Shown: piece after piece, positions 19,279 to 29,285 of the stretch
How positions within the stretch are numbered: position 1 is the stretch's first letter
How the letters are laid out: every line of letters starts with the position of its first letter
DNA from: Armatimonadetes bacterium UBA1398
Lineage (GTDB): Bacteria > Armatimonadota > Zipacnadia > UBA1398
Direction: 5' to 3'
Assembly (NCBI GenBank): GCA_002305165.1
Contig: DBQI01000026.1
Span: 5,398-69,397, forward strand
DNA: 64,000 nucleotides
The notes under the pieces: model-generated
The model's input: only the letters and a program-made list of their open reading frames with translations
The model's database searches: none
Told to the model about the DNA's origin: nothing
Made by a program: the position numbers and the translations under genes

Positions 19279-20697
19279 ATGGGTCAAGGCCAGAAGCGCC
19301 GTCGCGGTCCGACGGACCGGGCGGCGCTTCTGACGTATGGCCATCTGCCGCGCTCTGAGGCGGACGGGGAGGATCGGGCTTTGCTGTTGGGCACACAGCG
19401 GGTACGGGAGGACGGCCACCTGGAGATCGGTGGGATTGCGGCGGTGGAGCTTGCCCAGCGCTTCGGCACCCCCCTCTATGTGATCGACGAGGCGTGCATG
19501 CGCGATCGGTGCCGCCGGTACCGGGAGGCCTTCGGTCGCGCCTATCCGGGCCGGACAGCCATCGCTTACGCGAGCAAGGCGTGCCTCTCAATGGCCATCT
19601 GCCGCATCGTGGAGCAGGAGGGGCTACATCTCGACGTTGCGTCGGGAGGAGAGCTACACGTCGCCCGGCAGGCGAGCTTCCCGGCCCCGAGGGTGGCCAT
19701 GCACGGCAACAACAAGTCCGAGGGCGAGTTAGCGGCCGCGATGGATGCCGGAGTCGGCTACCTGGTGGTCGATTGCCTGGAGGAGATCGAACGCGCCGAG
19801 GCGCTGTTCCGTGCGGGCCACCCGCGTTCCCGGGCCCTACTGCGGATCACGCCAGGCATCGAGGCTCACACCCACGAGTACATCATGACAGGCCGCGAGG
19901 ACTCCAAGTTCGGGCTTGGCCTCTGGGAGGGCGGGGCGATGGAGGCAGTTCAGCGCCTGCTGGCGAGCCCCGCGCTCGACCTCATCGGGTTTCACTGCCA
20001 TATCGGGTCGCAGCTCCTGACCGTGGACTGCTTCGCTGACGCGGCTCGCCTGATGCTTGACTTCTGCCATCAGGCCCACACGGAGATGGGAGTGACAACC
20101 CAAATCCTGAACCTCGGTGGCGGGCTTGGGATCCGGCACACTGCGTCGGAGGACCCGGCGTCCATTGAGGACCTCGCCAGCACTATAGGCGGGACCATCG
20201 CGTCGGGCTGTGCCGAACGCGGGATGGAACTGCCGATGATCATGGTGGAGCCGGGCCGCTCCATCGTTGGTGAGGCGGGAACGGTCCTATACACGGTCGG
20301 GGTGGTGAAGACCATTCCCGGCGTGAGGACCTACCTCGCGGTCGACGGGGGGCTCTCCGATAACCCCCGGCCGGCGCTCTACGGCGCGAAATACGAGGTG
20401 CTGTTTGCGAGCAAGATGGGAGCGCCGCCGACCCAGGTCGTGACGGTTGCGGGCAAGCACTGCGAGACCGACAATCTCTTCATGGATGTGCCGGCGCCTG
20501 ACGTGGAACCCGGTGACGTGATAGCCGTCCCCGCTTGCGGCGCGTACACCTTCGCCATGTCGTCGAACTATAACCGGCTCCCGCGTCCTGCGGTCGTCCA
20601 TGTGCTGGAAGGACAGGCGGACGTGGTCGTCGAGCGCCAGACCTGGGAAGACCTAGTGACCCAGGAGCGTGTGCCCGAGCGCCTGGCTCGGGACTGA
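19279..20697 (+). CDS. lysA: Diaminopimelate decarboxylase LysA
   Basis: PLP fold-III decarboxylase motifs (GTPLYVIDE; AYASKAC PLP-lysine region; HIGSQ; GGGLG; EPGRSIVG; CGAYTFAMSSNYN). Alignment to LysA N-termini suggests the true start may be the TTG at 19381, preceded by GGAGG, rather than the ATG at 19279. Confidence 0.85.
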   Translation: MGQGQKRRRGPTDRAALLTYGHLPRSEADGEDRALLLGTQRVREDGHLEIGGIAAVELAQRFGTPLYVIDEACMRDRCRRYREAFGRAYPGRTAIAYASKACLSMAICRIVEQEGLHLDVASGGELHVARQASFPAPRVAMHGNNKSEGELAAAMDAGVGYLVVDCLEEIERAEALFRAGHPRSRALLRITPGIEAHTHEYIMTGREDSKFGLGLWEGGAMEAVQRLLASPALDLIGFHCHIGSQLLTVDCFADAARLMLDFCHQAHTEMGVTTQILNLGGGLGIRHTASEDPASIEDLASTIGGTIASGCAERGMELPMIMVEPGRSIVGEAGTVLYTVGVVKTIPGVRTYLAVDGGLSDNPRPALYGAKYEVLFASKMGAPPTQVVTVAGKHCETDNLFMDVPAPDVEPGDVIAVPACGAYTFAMSSNYNRLPRPAVVHVLEGQADVVVERQTWEDLVTQERVPERLARD

Positions 20698-20699
20698 GG

Positions 20700-20721
20700 G
20701 GCCCGCTCGACCGTGCGGGCC
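20700..20721. terminator. GGCCCGC-8 nt-GCGGGCC hairpin immediately after lysA stop
   Basis: Read from the sequence. Confidence 0.35.
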
Positions 20722-20732
20722 GAAGTGGTGCA

Positions 20733-23396
20733 ATGGACGTCATCGTTGGTCACTACGGAACCGACTTCGACTGCTTGGCCGCCATGGTGGCCGCCAAGAA
20801 GCTCTACCCGCGTGCCCAGTGTGTACTTCCGGGCAGAGTGGATCGCAACGTTCGGGTGTTCCTCGAGCTCTACGAGGACCAATTCCAGGTAGCCAGGCCG
20901 AAGGATACCCATCTGGATCGCGTCAAGCGAGTGATCCTCGTCGACAACGCGCGGCCGCGACGTCTAGGCGAGGTGATGCAGGAGGTCGTGGAGCGCCCTG
21001 GCGTCTACGTGATCGTCTACGACCACCACCCGCCCTCCCCGGATGACATCGAGGCGGACGAGGCCTATGTGGAGAGGGTTGGCGCGACGACCACGATCCT
21101 CACCCGGATGCTCCTAGACCAGGAGGTGCATCTGACCCCGGTGGAGGCTACGTTGCTCGCCTTGGGCATCTACGAGGACACGGGGAGCCTTTCGTTCTCG
21201 TACACCACCGTCGACGATGTGCTCGCGGTAGCCCACCTCCTGGAGTGTGGAGCTGATCTGGATGTCGTCTCTCGATACATACGATATGACCTGACCCAGG
21301 AACAGCGCGAGGTCTTCAACCAGTTCGTTCTGTCCATCGAGCACACGACTCACGCGGGCGTCACGGTTGCGGTGGCCCAGGCTCGGGTCACCGACTACAT
21401 TGGCGACATCGCCGTGCTGACGAGCCGGCTCTCGGTGGTGGAGAGCGTGGACGCTCTCTTCACCCTAACGGAGACCGACAGCAACATCTACATGGTGGGC
21501 CGAAGTCGGGGCGCCGCCCTGGACGTTTCCGAGGTGCTCGCCTACTTCGGAGGCGCAGGGCACCACGGCGCCGCCTCGGCCGTTGTGAAGAACTCGAATC
21601 TCGAGGAACTGCGTGGCGAGTTGCTCGCGCGCGTGGCGGAGTGTGTGCGCCCAGCCCTCGTCGCACGGGACCTGATGTCCCACCCCGTGCGGGTTGTCGA
21701 GGAGGCAACGAGCGTTGATGAGGCCAAGCGCGTCCTGCTGAGATACGGCTACAGCGGTATCCTCGTGGCCCGGCAGGGCGAGTTAGTTGGGGTCGTGAAC
21801 CGCAAGGATCTGGACCGCGCGATTCACCACGGCCTCGGCCATGCGCCTGTGAAGTCGTGCATGACGACCGGCGTTGTGTTCGCCACGCCAGATACCCCCG
21901 CTCCCGAGATACAGGACCTCCTGGTGAACCATCGCGTCGGCCGGGTGCCCGTTATCGATGAAAGCGGGGCGATCGTCGGGATCGTTACGATGGCGGACCT
22001 GCGGGCAGGCACCCATCGACTGCCGGGCACCGAGCACCACATGTACCACGGCGAGTGGTGTGGCGTTCAGGACGTCTCGGGGGTGCTCAGGCAGCGGACT
22101 CACGATGGGCTGGGTGGTCTACTCGCCGAACTGGGCCGCATCGCTGACGAGATGGGGCTTCCCGCATTCCTCGTGGGCGGTGGCGCGCGGGACCTTCTCC
22201 TGGGGGCGGACTCGGTCGATGTGGACATACTGGTGGAGGGGAACGCCATCGAGTTCGCCACAGTGGCGGCGCGCCGAATGGGAGCGAGGCTGGTCACCCA
22301 CGAGGAGTTCGTCACTGCGGTGATGTTACTGGCTGACGACCAGAAGATCGATGTGGCCAGCGCCCGAACGGAGTTCTACGAGGCCCCTGGAGCCCTGCCC
22401 GAGGTCGAGGTGGAGCACTCCTCCGTGAAGGAGGACCTCTACCGCCGCGATTTCACCATCAACGCCATGGCCATCCGCATCAACGAATCGGACTTCGGGA
22501 GGCTCTACGACTTCTTCGGGGGCCGAGCCGACCTGGAGCGCGGGATCATACGGGTCATGCACAGCCTGAGCTTCGTCGAAGACCCCACCCGCGTGTTCCG
22601 CGCGGTGCGCTTCGAGCAGCGCCTGGGCTTCTCCATGGATGCTCAGACAGAGCAAGCACTAGCGTACGCTCTTGAGAGCGAACTCTTCTCGTCCCTCTCG
22701 AGTGAGCGGATCAGTGATGAGCTGGTTCTGATCCTCTCCGAGAAGGACCCGATCCCTGCCGTGCATCGGATGAGCCGCCTAGGCCTTTTGGAGCACGTGC
22801 ATCCGCGCATTGTGTTCGATCTGCATACGCTTGAGGAGATGCGACGAACTCGGGAGGTGCTGGCGTGGCTAGCGGCTCTGGAGGAGCCCGTGCTTCCAAC
22901 GCCCTGGCTCATGTACATCAGCCCCCTGCTGCGGGCCATGGACTACCAGGAGATCCGGGAGTGGGCTCGGCGCCTGCGGCTAGCGCGGGATGACGTGGAG
23001 GAGCTCGCGATCGCGAGGGAAGTCGTGGATATGACGCTCTCGGCGCTGGAATCTGACGAGAGCCTCCTGCCCAGCCAGATCTTCCGCTTACTAGAGCCCC
23101 AGACGCCCCTCGGCATCGGTCGGGTCCTCGTGATGGCGCAGCCGGGTGGGTTTGCGGAGCATCGCGTCATGTCCTACCTCAACCAGTATCGGCACGTGAG
23201 GCTGCGCGTTGGCGGGGATGATCTCAAGCGACTGGGCTATGCCCCCGGACCGGGCTTCGGACGGGTGCTGCGGACGCTGCTCAACGAGCGCATCGATGGT
23301 ATCATCGGGGAGGCAGAGGAGGCTGCGCGCCTTCGCGCGATCGCCGAGCAGGTCTTCTCCGATGGAGCCGACGACTCCGGCCGAGGAATGGACTGA
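20733..23396 (+). CDS. Multidomain CCA-adding enzyme/poly(A) polymerase family protein with N-terminal DHH-DHHA1 phosphoesterase and tandem CBS domains
   Basis: 887 aa. DHH motifs at the N-terminus (DHH at ~aa 95). CBS pair (~aa 310-430). The nucleotidyltransferase head motif LVGGGARDLLLG...DVDILVEG and RRDFTINAMAI are hallmarks of the tRNA nucleotidyltransferase/poly(A) polymerase family. Confidence 0.85.
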   Translation: MDVIVGHYGTDFDCLAAMVAAKKLYPRAQCVLPGRVDRNVRVFLELYEDQFQVARPKDTHLDRVKRVILVDNARPRRLGEVMQEVVERPGVYVIVYDHHPPSPDDIEADEAYVERVGATTTILTRMLLDQEVHLTPVEATLLALGIYEDTGSLSFSYTTVDDVLAVAHLLECGADLDVVSRYIRYDLTQEQREVFNQFVLSIEHTTHAGVTVAVAQARVTDYIGDIAVLTSRLSVVESVDALFTLTETDSNIYMVGRSRGAALDVSEVLAYFGGAGHHGAASAVVKNSNLEELRGELLARVAECVRPALVARDLMSHPVRVVEEATSVDEAKRVLLRYGYSGILVARQGELVGVVNRKDLDRAIHHGLGHAPVKSCMTTGVVFATPDTPAPEIQDLLVNHRVGRVPVIDESGAIVGIVTMADLRAGTHRLPGTEHHMYHGEWCGVQDVSGVLRQRTHDGLGGLLAELGRIADEMGLPAFLVGGGARDLLLGADSVDVDILVEGNAIEFATVAARRMGARLVTHEEFVTAVMLLADDQKIDVASARTEFYEAPGALPEVEVEHSSVKEDLYRRDFTINAMAIRINESDFGRLYDFFGGRADLERGIIRVMHSLSFVEDPTRVFRAVRFEQRLGFSMDAQTEQALAYALESELFSSLSSERISDELVLILSEKDPIPAVHRMSRLGLLEHVHPRIVFDLHTLEEMRRTREVLAWLAALEEPVLPTPWLMYISPLLRAMDYQEIREWARRLRLARDDVEELAIAREVVDMTLSALESDESLLPSQIFRLLEPQTPLGIGRVLVMAQPGGFAEHRVMSYLNQYRHVRLRVGGDDLKRLGYAPGPGFGRVLRTLLNERIDGIIGEAEEAARLRAIAEQVFSDGADDSGRGMD

Positions 23397-24096
23397 TCCA
23401 TTGCTCCTCAACGCGCTGCAGACGGGCTTCTCGCCCACGGCGGTCAAGGTCCTGCTGGCCTACCTCCTTAGCCTCATCATTGCGATCACGCTTCACGAGG
23501 CCGCGCATGCGTACACGGCCCATTGGTGCGGTGATCCCACTCCGAAGAAGCAGGGACGGCTCTCCCTCAACCCCCTGGACCATCTCGACCCGATGGGCAG
23601 CCTGTTCATCCTCCTCGCGGGCTTCGGGTGGGGTAAAGCGGTCGTGGTGAACCCGTACAACTTCCGCGACCTCCGGCGTGACATGATGCTCACCTCTGCT
23701 GCGGGCCCCGCCACGAACCTGATGCTCGCGGGCATCGGCGTCGGCTCATGGCATGCGGCCCGGTACGCCCTCGGCGTAGCGCCGGACGTGTCTCCTAACT
23801 TCGCGTTCACCCTGCTGCTACTCATCCAGGTATTCGTGACACTCAACCTGACACTCATGCTATTCAACCTGCTGCCTATTGGCCCCCTCGATGGGGTCAA
23901 GGTTGTGCAGTGGTTTCTGCCCCAGCGGCTTGCCGAGGAGTACTACGCCTTCAATGCCCGCTATGGGGGCCTGCTCCTGATCGTTCTGGTGATGCTCATG
24001 TACTCGGTGCCGCAAGTGGGGCAACTGCTGTTCTGGCCGATTGAGCGCATCTGTGACATCGCCCTGGCCCTGGCAGTGCCGGCAGGGATGTGGTAG
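23362..24096 (+). CDS. Site-2 protease family zinc metalloprotease (peptidase M50)
   Basis: HEAAHA (HExxH) in the first TM helix, a downstream LNLLPIGPLDG motif and several TM segments. The start is uncertain: the ATG at 23362 overlaps the upstream gene by 35 nt, and the ORF track begins at 23209. Confidence 0.65.
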   Translation: MEPTTPAEEWTDPLLLNALQTGFSPTAVKVLLAYLLSLIIAITLHEAAHAYTAHWCGDPTPKKQGRLSLNPLDHLDPMGSLFILLAGFGWGKAVVVNPYNFRDLRRDMMLTSAAGPATNLMLAGIGVGSWHAARYALGVAPDVSPNFAFTLLLLIQVFVTLNLTLMLFNLLPIGPLDGVKVVQWFLPQRLAEEYYAFNARYGGLLLIVLVMLMYSVPQVGQLLFWPIERICDIALALAVPAGMW

Positions 24097-24101
24097 GGGC
24101 T

Positions 24102-25100
24102 ATGTGGGGGCCGCCAGCACCAACGCGGGGCCGCGTAGTGAGCGGGATGCGTCCCACGAGCCGGCTGCATCTGGGCAACCTGGAGGGTGCGCTGCGTCTG
24201 TGGGTCGACCTGCAGCGTCGTGATCAGTGCTTCTTCCTGCTCGCGGATCTGCACGCGCTCACCACAGGCTGTGATGCTGGCGGTGATCATCGGACCCTCG
24301 TCCGTGAGATGCTTCTCGATTGGCTCGCCGCGGGTCTGGACCCGAACGAATCCGTCATCTTCGTGCAGTCCGAGGTGCCCGCCCACGCCGAGCTGGCCCT
24401 GCTGCTGGCGATGATCACCCCCGTCCCGTGGCTGGAGCGGTGCACGACATACAAGGACTGGATGGCCACGCCTGATGTGGCCCGTTCGGCGGGGCTGGGC
24501 CTGCTTGCCTACCCAGTGCTCCAGGCTGCCGACATACTCCTGTACCGTGCAACGACAGTGCCCGTGGGCCGTGACCAGGCCCAGCACGTTGAGTTGACCC
24601 GGGACATCGCCAGCCGCTTCAATGCCCTCTTCGGGGAGGTCTTTACCGCACCGGACGCGCTCTACTCGGCTGCGCCGGCGTTGAAGGGGACCGACGGCAG
24701 GAAGATGAGCGCTGTGTACGGCAACGCCATCTACCTAGGCGACACAGCCGGAGTCCTCGAGCGCAAGGTAGCCGCGATGTTCACCGACCCTGCCAGGGTG
24801 TTTCGTGGCGATCCAGGGCATCCGGACCGATGCCCAGTCTATGGCCTGCACGGCTGCTACAACGTGAGCGAGGTTCAGGCGATTGGGCAGGATTGCGGCA
24901 CCGGTCATCTAGGTTGCGTGGATTGCAAGTCTGTCCTCTCAAAGTGCATCAATAGCGCGCTCGGGGGCCTGCGCGAGCGTCGCGCCGCGCTCCAGGCGGA
25001 GCCGGACCTGCTGAGCGACATTCTGCGCGATGGAGCAAGGAAGGCCCGAGCCGCCTCTGAAGAAACGTTAGCGCGTGTTCATGAGGCGATGGGCCTCTGA
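24102..25100 (+). CDS. trpS: Tryptophan--tRNA ligase
   Basis: Class I aaRS with the HIGH-equivalent SGMRPTSRLHLGN and the KMSAV (KMSKS) motif. ATG at 24102; an alternative GTG lies at 24090. Confidence 0.9.
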   Translation: MWGPPAPTRGRVVSGMRPTSRLHLGNLEGALRLWVDLQRRDQCFFLLADLHALTTGCDAGGDHRTLVREMLLDWLAAGLDPNESVIFVQSEVPAHAELALLLAMITPVPWLERCTTYKDWMATPDVARSAGLGLLAYPVLQAADILLYRATTVPVGRDQAQHVELTRDIASRFNALFGEVFTAPDALYSAAPALKGTDGRKMSAVYGNAIYLGDTAGVLERKVAAMFTDPARVFRGDPGHPDRCPVYGLHGCYNVSEVQAIGQDCGTGHLGCVDCKSVLSKCINSALGGLRERRAALQAEPDLLSDILRDGARKARAASEETLARVHEAMGL

Positions 25101-25111
25101 CGTAGGTCCCG

Positions 25112-25984
25112 ATGGGGGGTAGATCGTTGCATTCGGCGCTTGCCGGAGACGAGAGAGAGCCATTGAGCAGCCTGGGGCCGCTCGTCGAGGCCGAGACCCT
25201 CGATGAGCTGAGGCGGGAGGCCGCAAGCCTCCGACCCTACCGGGTCCGCCTCTCCATCTACGAAGGTCCCATGGACCTCCTGCTCTTCCTGGTCGGGCGG
25301 CGCGAGGTGGATGTTTACGATGTGCCCCTCGCTGACATCACGGAGGAGTACTTCGAGTACCTGGTTCTGATGGAGGTGCTCGATATCGAGTTGGCAGGGG
25401 AGTTTCTCGTCATGGCGGCGAGCCTGATGGTGATCAAGGCGCGCACGCTACTGCCCGTCGAGTCCAACGAGGCCATCGATGAGGCCGATGACGACAGCGA
25501 TGGACTCGACCCCCGCGTGGAGCTCCAGCGTCGCCTGGCTGAGTACCAGCGCTTCCGCGAGAGCGCGGAGTATCTGCGGACCCGAATCGCCCACCAGGAC
25601 ATGGTTCATGGTCGAGAGGGGGGCGAGGCCGAGGAGGCGCTACAGGGCTGGGTGCCCCTTGAATCGGTTTCGGTGTTCGACCTGCTGAGCGTATTCAAGC
25701 AGATGCTATTGAGGGCGGTCGAGGACGCCCCGGCGGTGCTTGAGAAGCGGGAGTACACCGTTGCCGGCAAGATGGTCGAGGTGGTCAACACCCTTCGCCT
25801 GAGTTCACACGGGCTGAGCTTCTTCCAGACGGTGTCGGAGCGCCCGACGCGGCTGGAGGTAGTCGTCACGTTCCTGGCGATCCTGGAGCTGATTCGCCGG
25901 CGCGTCGTGACCGTCGAACAGCGGTCTGTAGGGGCCGAGATCCGCATCTACGCTGGACCGGAGATGGATGCCAGTGGAGCTTGA
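25112..25984 (+). CDS. scpA: Segregation and condensation protein A
   Basis: ScpA motifs (YRVRLSIYEGPMDLLLFLV...; C-terminal winged helix). Confidence 0.85.
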   Translation: MGGRSLHSALAGDEREPLSSLGPLVEAETLDELRREAASLRPYRVRLSIYEGPMDLLLFLVGRREVDVYDVPLADITEEYFEYLVLMEVLDIELAGEFLVMAASLMVIKARTLLPVESNEAIDEADDDSDGLDPRVELQRRLAEYQRFRESAEYLRTRIAHQDMVHGREGGEAEEALQGWVPLESVSVFDLLSVFKQMLLRAVEDAPAVLEKREYTVAGKMVEVVNTLRLSSHGLSFFQTVSERPTRLEVVVTFLAILELIRRRVVTVEQRSVGAEIRIYAGPEMDASGA

Positions 25985-26576
25985 GGAAGCCAAACTAGCT
26001 CTGGAGTGTCTGCTCTTCGTTGGCAATGAGCCCCTCCCAGAGAGCCTCCTGATGGATATCATGGAGGTCGACCGGAAGATGCTTCGTAAGGCGATCGACG
26101 CACTCAGCGCGGACCTGGAGGGACGCAGCCTGCAACTCGTAGAAGTGGCAGGAGGGCTGCGGATGATGACGCGGCCGAGGTTCCACCGCTACGTGGAGCG
26201 CCTCTTCGAGCCCCAGCCGACGCGAATCAGCCGCGCGGGGCTCGAATGTCTCGCCATCGTCGCTTACAGGCAGCCTATCACTCGCCCTGAGATCGACGCC
26301 ATCCGCGGCGTGAACTCCTCGGGCTCCATGGAGAGCCTCCTGCGCAAGGGGCTCATCAAGGAGGTCGGCCGAAAGGACGTGCCGGGCCGACCGATCATGT
26401 ACGCCACCACCCAGACCTTCCTGGAGGTCGCGGGGCTGAGCGACCTGAAGCAGCTGCCTGCGGCGGATTCGGGCATCGGGTCGCACCTCTTGGAGGGGTT
26501 CCCCGTGGAGCCCGATCCCAACGTTGAACTGCCCTTCGACCAGGAGGACTCGGAAACGGAGGACGACCCGCAGTGA
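25968..26576 (+). CDS. scpB: Segregation and condensation protein B
   Basis: ScpB tandem winged-helix motifs (EAKLALECLLFVGNEPL...; ITRPEIDAIRGVNS). It overlaps scpA by 17 nt. Confidence 0.85.
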   Translation: MPVELEEAKLALECLLFVGNEPLPESLLMDIMEVDRKMLRKAIDALSADLEGRSLQLVEVAGGLRMMTRPRFHRYVERLFEPQPTRISRAGLECLAIVAYRQPITRPEIDAIRGVNSSGSMESLLRKGLIKEVGRKDVPGRPIMYATTQTFLEVAGLSDLKQLPAADSGIGSHLLEGFPVEPDPNVELPFDQEDSETEDDPQ

Positions 26577-27793
26577 GGACCTTCATTGGCGTGCTCGCTT
26601 GCTGTCTCGCCGCGAGCGCGACCTATGCGGCGCCGCCGCCTGAGGTATCGGCGAAGTCCGTCGTGGTCATGGACGCGTGGTCGGGGCAGGTGCTGATGGA
26701 GAAGGACGCCCACACGCCCCGGGCCATCGCGAGCGTCACCAAGGTCATGACGGCGATGGTAATCCTCGACCGGTGTCCCCTCGACCAAATGGTCATCGTC
26801 TCCAAAGAGGCCGCAGAGACAGGCGAGTCGAGTTGCCTGCTCAAAGAGGGCGAGCAGCTGTCCGTACATGACCTGCTCGAAATGGCGCTCATGCGGTCGG
26901 GGAACGACGCCGCAGTCGCCCTGGCTGTACATGCTGCAGGCTCTGTGCCGGCCTTCGCCAGCATGATGAACCAGAAGGCGGCGGAGCTTGGGCTCAAGGC
27001 TAGCCACTTCACCAACCCCCACGGGCTGGACGAGGAGGGCCATCACCAGTGCGCGATGGATGTCGCCCTGCTATGCCACCGTGCCATGCAGAACGAGACG
27101 TTCTCCCGGATCGTAGCTCAGCGGGAGCGAATGATGCAGAGGCCGGCCTTCCCCGAGGGCTATAAGGTGGTCAACACGAATCAGCTCCTGCGCACGCGCA
27201 ATGACTGCATCGGGATCAAGACCGGATGGACGGGGCAGGCGGGATACTGCCTTGCCGCCGCCGCTCAGCGCGGCGCCCGGCGGTTCATCGTGGTCGTGCT
27301 GAACTCCGAGCGCCGGTTCGAGGAGACGGGGCTACTCCTCGACTGGGCGTTCGACACCTACGTGGAGCGCGTCGTGGTGGCTGGTGGCCTGCCCATCGGG
27401 GACGCTGATATTGAGCGAGGAGCGGCCGACTCGGTGCCTGTCGCGGCGGCTGAGACCCTGGTCGTCGTGGACTCGATAGATCGGATCATGCCAGAGGTGC
27501 AGTTCCGGCAGACTGTCTTCAGGGCGCCCATTGAGGCGGGGCAAGAGATAGGCTACCTGGAGTTCGAGGTGGGCGGCGAGCACATGGCGGTTCCGGCCGT
27601 TGCCACGCGGTCGGTCAATCGTTCATTCCTAGCTACGCTCTTCGATTGGCCCAACGCCATCCTGCTGCTCGGATGCCTGGGCTCCGGCATGCTGATGGTG
27701 GGAGCGGTCTCCGGCACTGCGGCCCAAGCCGCTCAGGCGAGAGGCCGCGCTAAAACTCGAACATACCCATCGCACCGGCGTTCAGCAGGCTGA
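26573..27793 (+). CDS. D-alanyl-D-alanine carboxypeptidase (peptidase S11, PBP5/DacB-like)
   Basis: Signal peptide. SxxK (SVTKVMTA), SGN and KTG motifs. C-terminal membrane anchor. Confidence 0.8.
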   Translation: MRTFIGVLACCLAASATYAAPPPEVSAKSVVVMDAWSGQVLMEKDAHTPRAIASVTKVMTAMVILDRCPLDQMVIVSKEAAETGESSCLLKEGEQLSVHDLLEMALMRSGNDAAVALAVHAAGSVPAFASMMNQKAAELGLKASHFTNPHGLDEEGHHQCAMDVALLCHRAMQNETFSRIVAQRERMMQRPAFPEGYKVVNTNQLLRTRNDCIGIKTGWTGQAGYCLAAAAQRGARRFIVVVLNSERRFEETGLLLDWAFDTYVERVVVAGGLPIGDADIERGAADSVPVAAAETLVVVDSIDRIMPEVQFRQTVFRAPIEAGQEIGYLEFEVGGEHMAVPAVATRSVNRSFLATLFDWPNAILLLGCLGSGMLMVGAVSGTAAQAAQARGRAKTRTYPSHRRSAG

Positions 27794-29201
27794 GCCCCTG
27801 AGGGGGCGCCTCTGGCTGGATCCGGACGACGGTAATCTGCCCCCTTCGCAGCACCGTCAGCTCAATGACTGCATCGCCACGGGCCTGCCCTCTGAGCGTC
27901 TCGGCTGTGGCGACTTCGCCGTCCACGAGGGTAATGACGTCCCCTGGCCGCAGACCAGCCACCTCAGCGGGGGATCCCGACATGACGGCCGCAACGCTGA
28001 GCGCCTCGGCCTGGAGCCCCAACTGCTGCGTGAGGGACTCGGATACAGGCGTCACCGACACGCCAACCCACATAGGCGGCGCCTCTTGTCCGGGCATCCC
28101 CGGCAGTGGCACCGTAGCGGCGCCCAGAATCATGGTTGTCGCGCCGCGCACCCCTTGGCGGAGGTACTCGAGCTCCAGCGCCTCGCCCGGGCGGGACAGG
28201 ACACGGCGCATCAGGGCCGCACCACTTGAAAGAGCCACGCCATCGACCGACAGCAGCACATCGCCGGGCCTCAGTCCCGCCGCCTCGGCGGGACCGCCCT
28301 CGGCGAGGCTCAGCACCACGGCGCCGGCTGCGTCCTCCAGGCCGTAGTGGTCCACGAGATCCGTAGGAGTCGGGCCTACAGACAGGCCGACCCTTCCCCA
28401 ACGCACCTCGTTCGAGGCCAGAAGCTGGTCGCTCACGTACCGGAGAGTCTCGCCCTCGGCGCAGAGCACCAAGGGGTTCGCAACAACGACGGGAGGGCCA
28501 CTGCGGCGCTCGGCGGGCAGGGACTCGGGGAGCAGGAGGTTGTACGCGACAAGCCCTCCGCCATCGAGTGGCGAATGGGTGGTCCCTGGCTCCGGAAGCG
28601 TGGAGATGAGCACAACCCCCAGCAGTGCGCCATCATCTGCGAACACGGGAGCGCCGCTCATGCCCGGCCCTGCATCCGCGGACACCTCGAAGGCGGCGGA
28701 CATGGCTGGCAAGCCCTCATCCATGAGGGTGCGGTCCAGGCCCGAGACGATTCCAGGCGACAGCTTACCGGAGAAGCCGTAAGCGGTGCCCACGACTGCT
28801 ATCGGCTCACCCAGTGCGGGGTTGCGGCACGCCGTCAGGTCGAGGACGGGGCCCACGTCGTCGGAGGTGCGTAGCAACGCTAGCCGGGCTAGGCCATCCC
28901 CGCCGACGAGAGCGGCCTGGAAGCGGCGGCCATCGCGGGCCTCCACGTAGAGGTCATCGGCATCAGCAAGCACGTAGCTGGAGGTGAGGACGCGGCCGGG
29001 TGCTACCACAAGGCCCGTCCCGACGTGGCGTCTCCATACCCCAGGGTCAGCGGTTCCGATGAGGGCGGTTACGGTGACCACGGACTCGCCGTGCCGCTTG
29101 AGGACTTCGGCCCACTGGGCACTACAAGCAGTCGCCAGCAGCACCATGGCCGCCAAGCAGCCGATACCTCGTGACAAGAGTGAACACGTGCGCCGTGCCA
29201 T
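27750..29201 (-). CDS. HtrA/DegP-like trypsin-fold serine protease with two PDZ domains
   Basis: Signal peptide. The catalytic region has H, D and a GMSGAPVF (GxSGxP-like) serine motif. Two PDZ domains. Its 3' end overlaps the convergent dacB-like gene by 44 nt. Confidence 0.7.
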   Translation of the reverse strand: MARRTCSLLSRGIGCLAAMVLLATACSAQWAEVLKRHGESVVTVTALIGTADPGVWRRHVGTGLVVAPGRVLTSSYVLADADDLYVEARDGRRFQAALVGGDGLARLALLRTSDDVGPVLDLTACRNPALGEPIAVVGTAYGFSGKLSPGIVSGLDRTLMDEGLPAMSAAFEVSADAGPGMSGAPVFADDGALLGVVLISTLPEPGTTHSPLDGGGLVAYNLLLPESLPAERRSGPPVVVANPLVLCAEGETLRYVSDQLLASNEVRWGRVGLSVGPTPTDLVDHYGLEDAAGAVVLSLAEGGPAEAAGLRPGDVLLSVDGVALSSGAALMRRVLSRPGEALELEYLRQGVRGATTMILGAATVPLPGMPGQEAPPMWVGVSVTPVSESLTQQLGLQAEALSVAAVMSGSPAEVAGLRPGDVITLVDGEVATAETLRGQARGDAVIELTVLRRGQITVVRIQPEAPPQGLSLLNAGAMGMFEF

Positions 29202-29285
29202 TGCCGCGATCCCCCGTGATGTCGCTCCGTCTAGTGAAGACGTAAGGGGGGCACGCGATGGCTCAGTGGATTCGCGGACAAGGCG

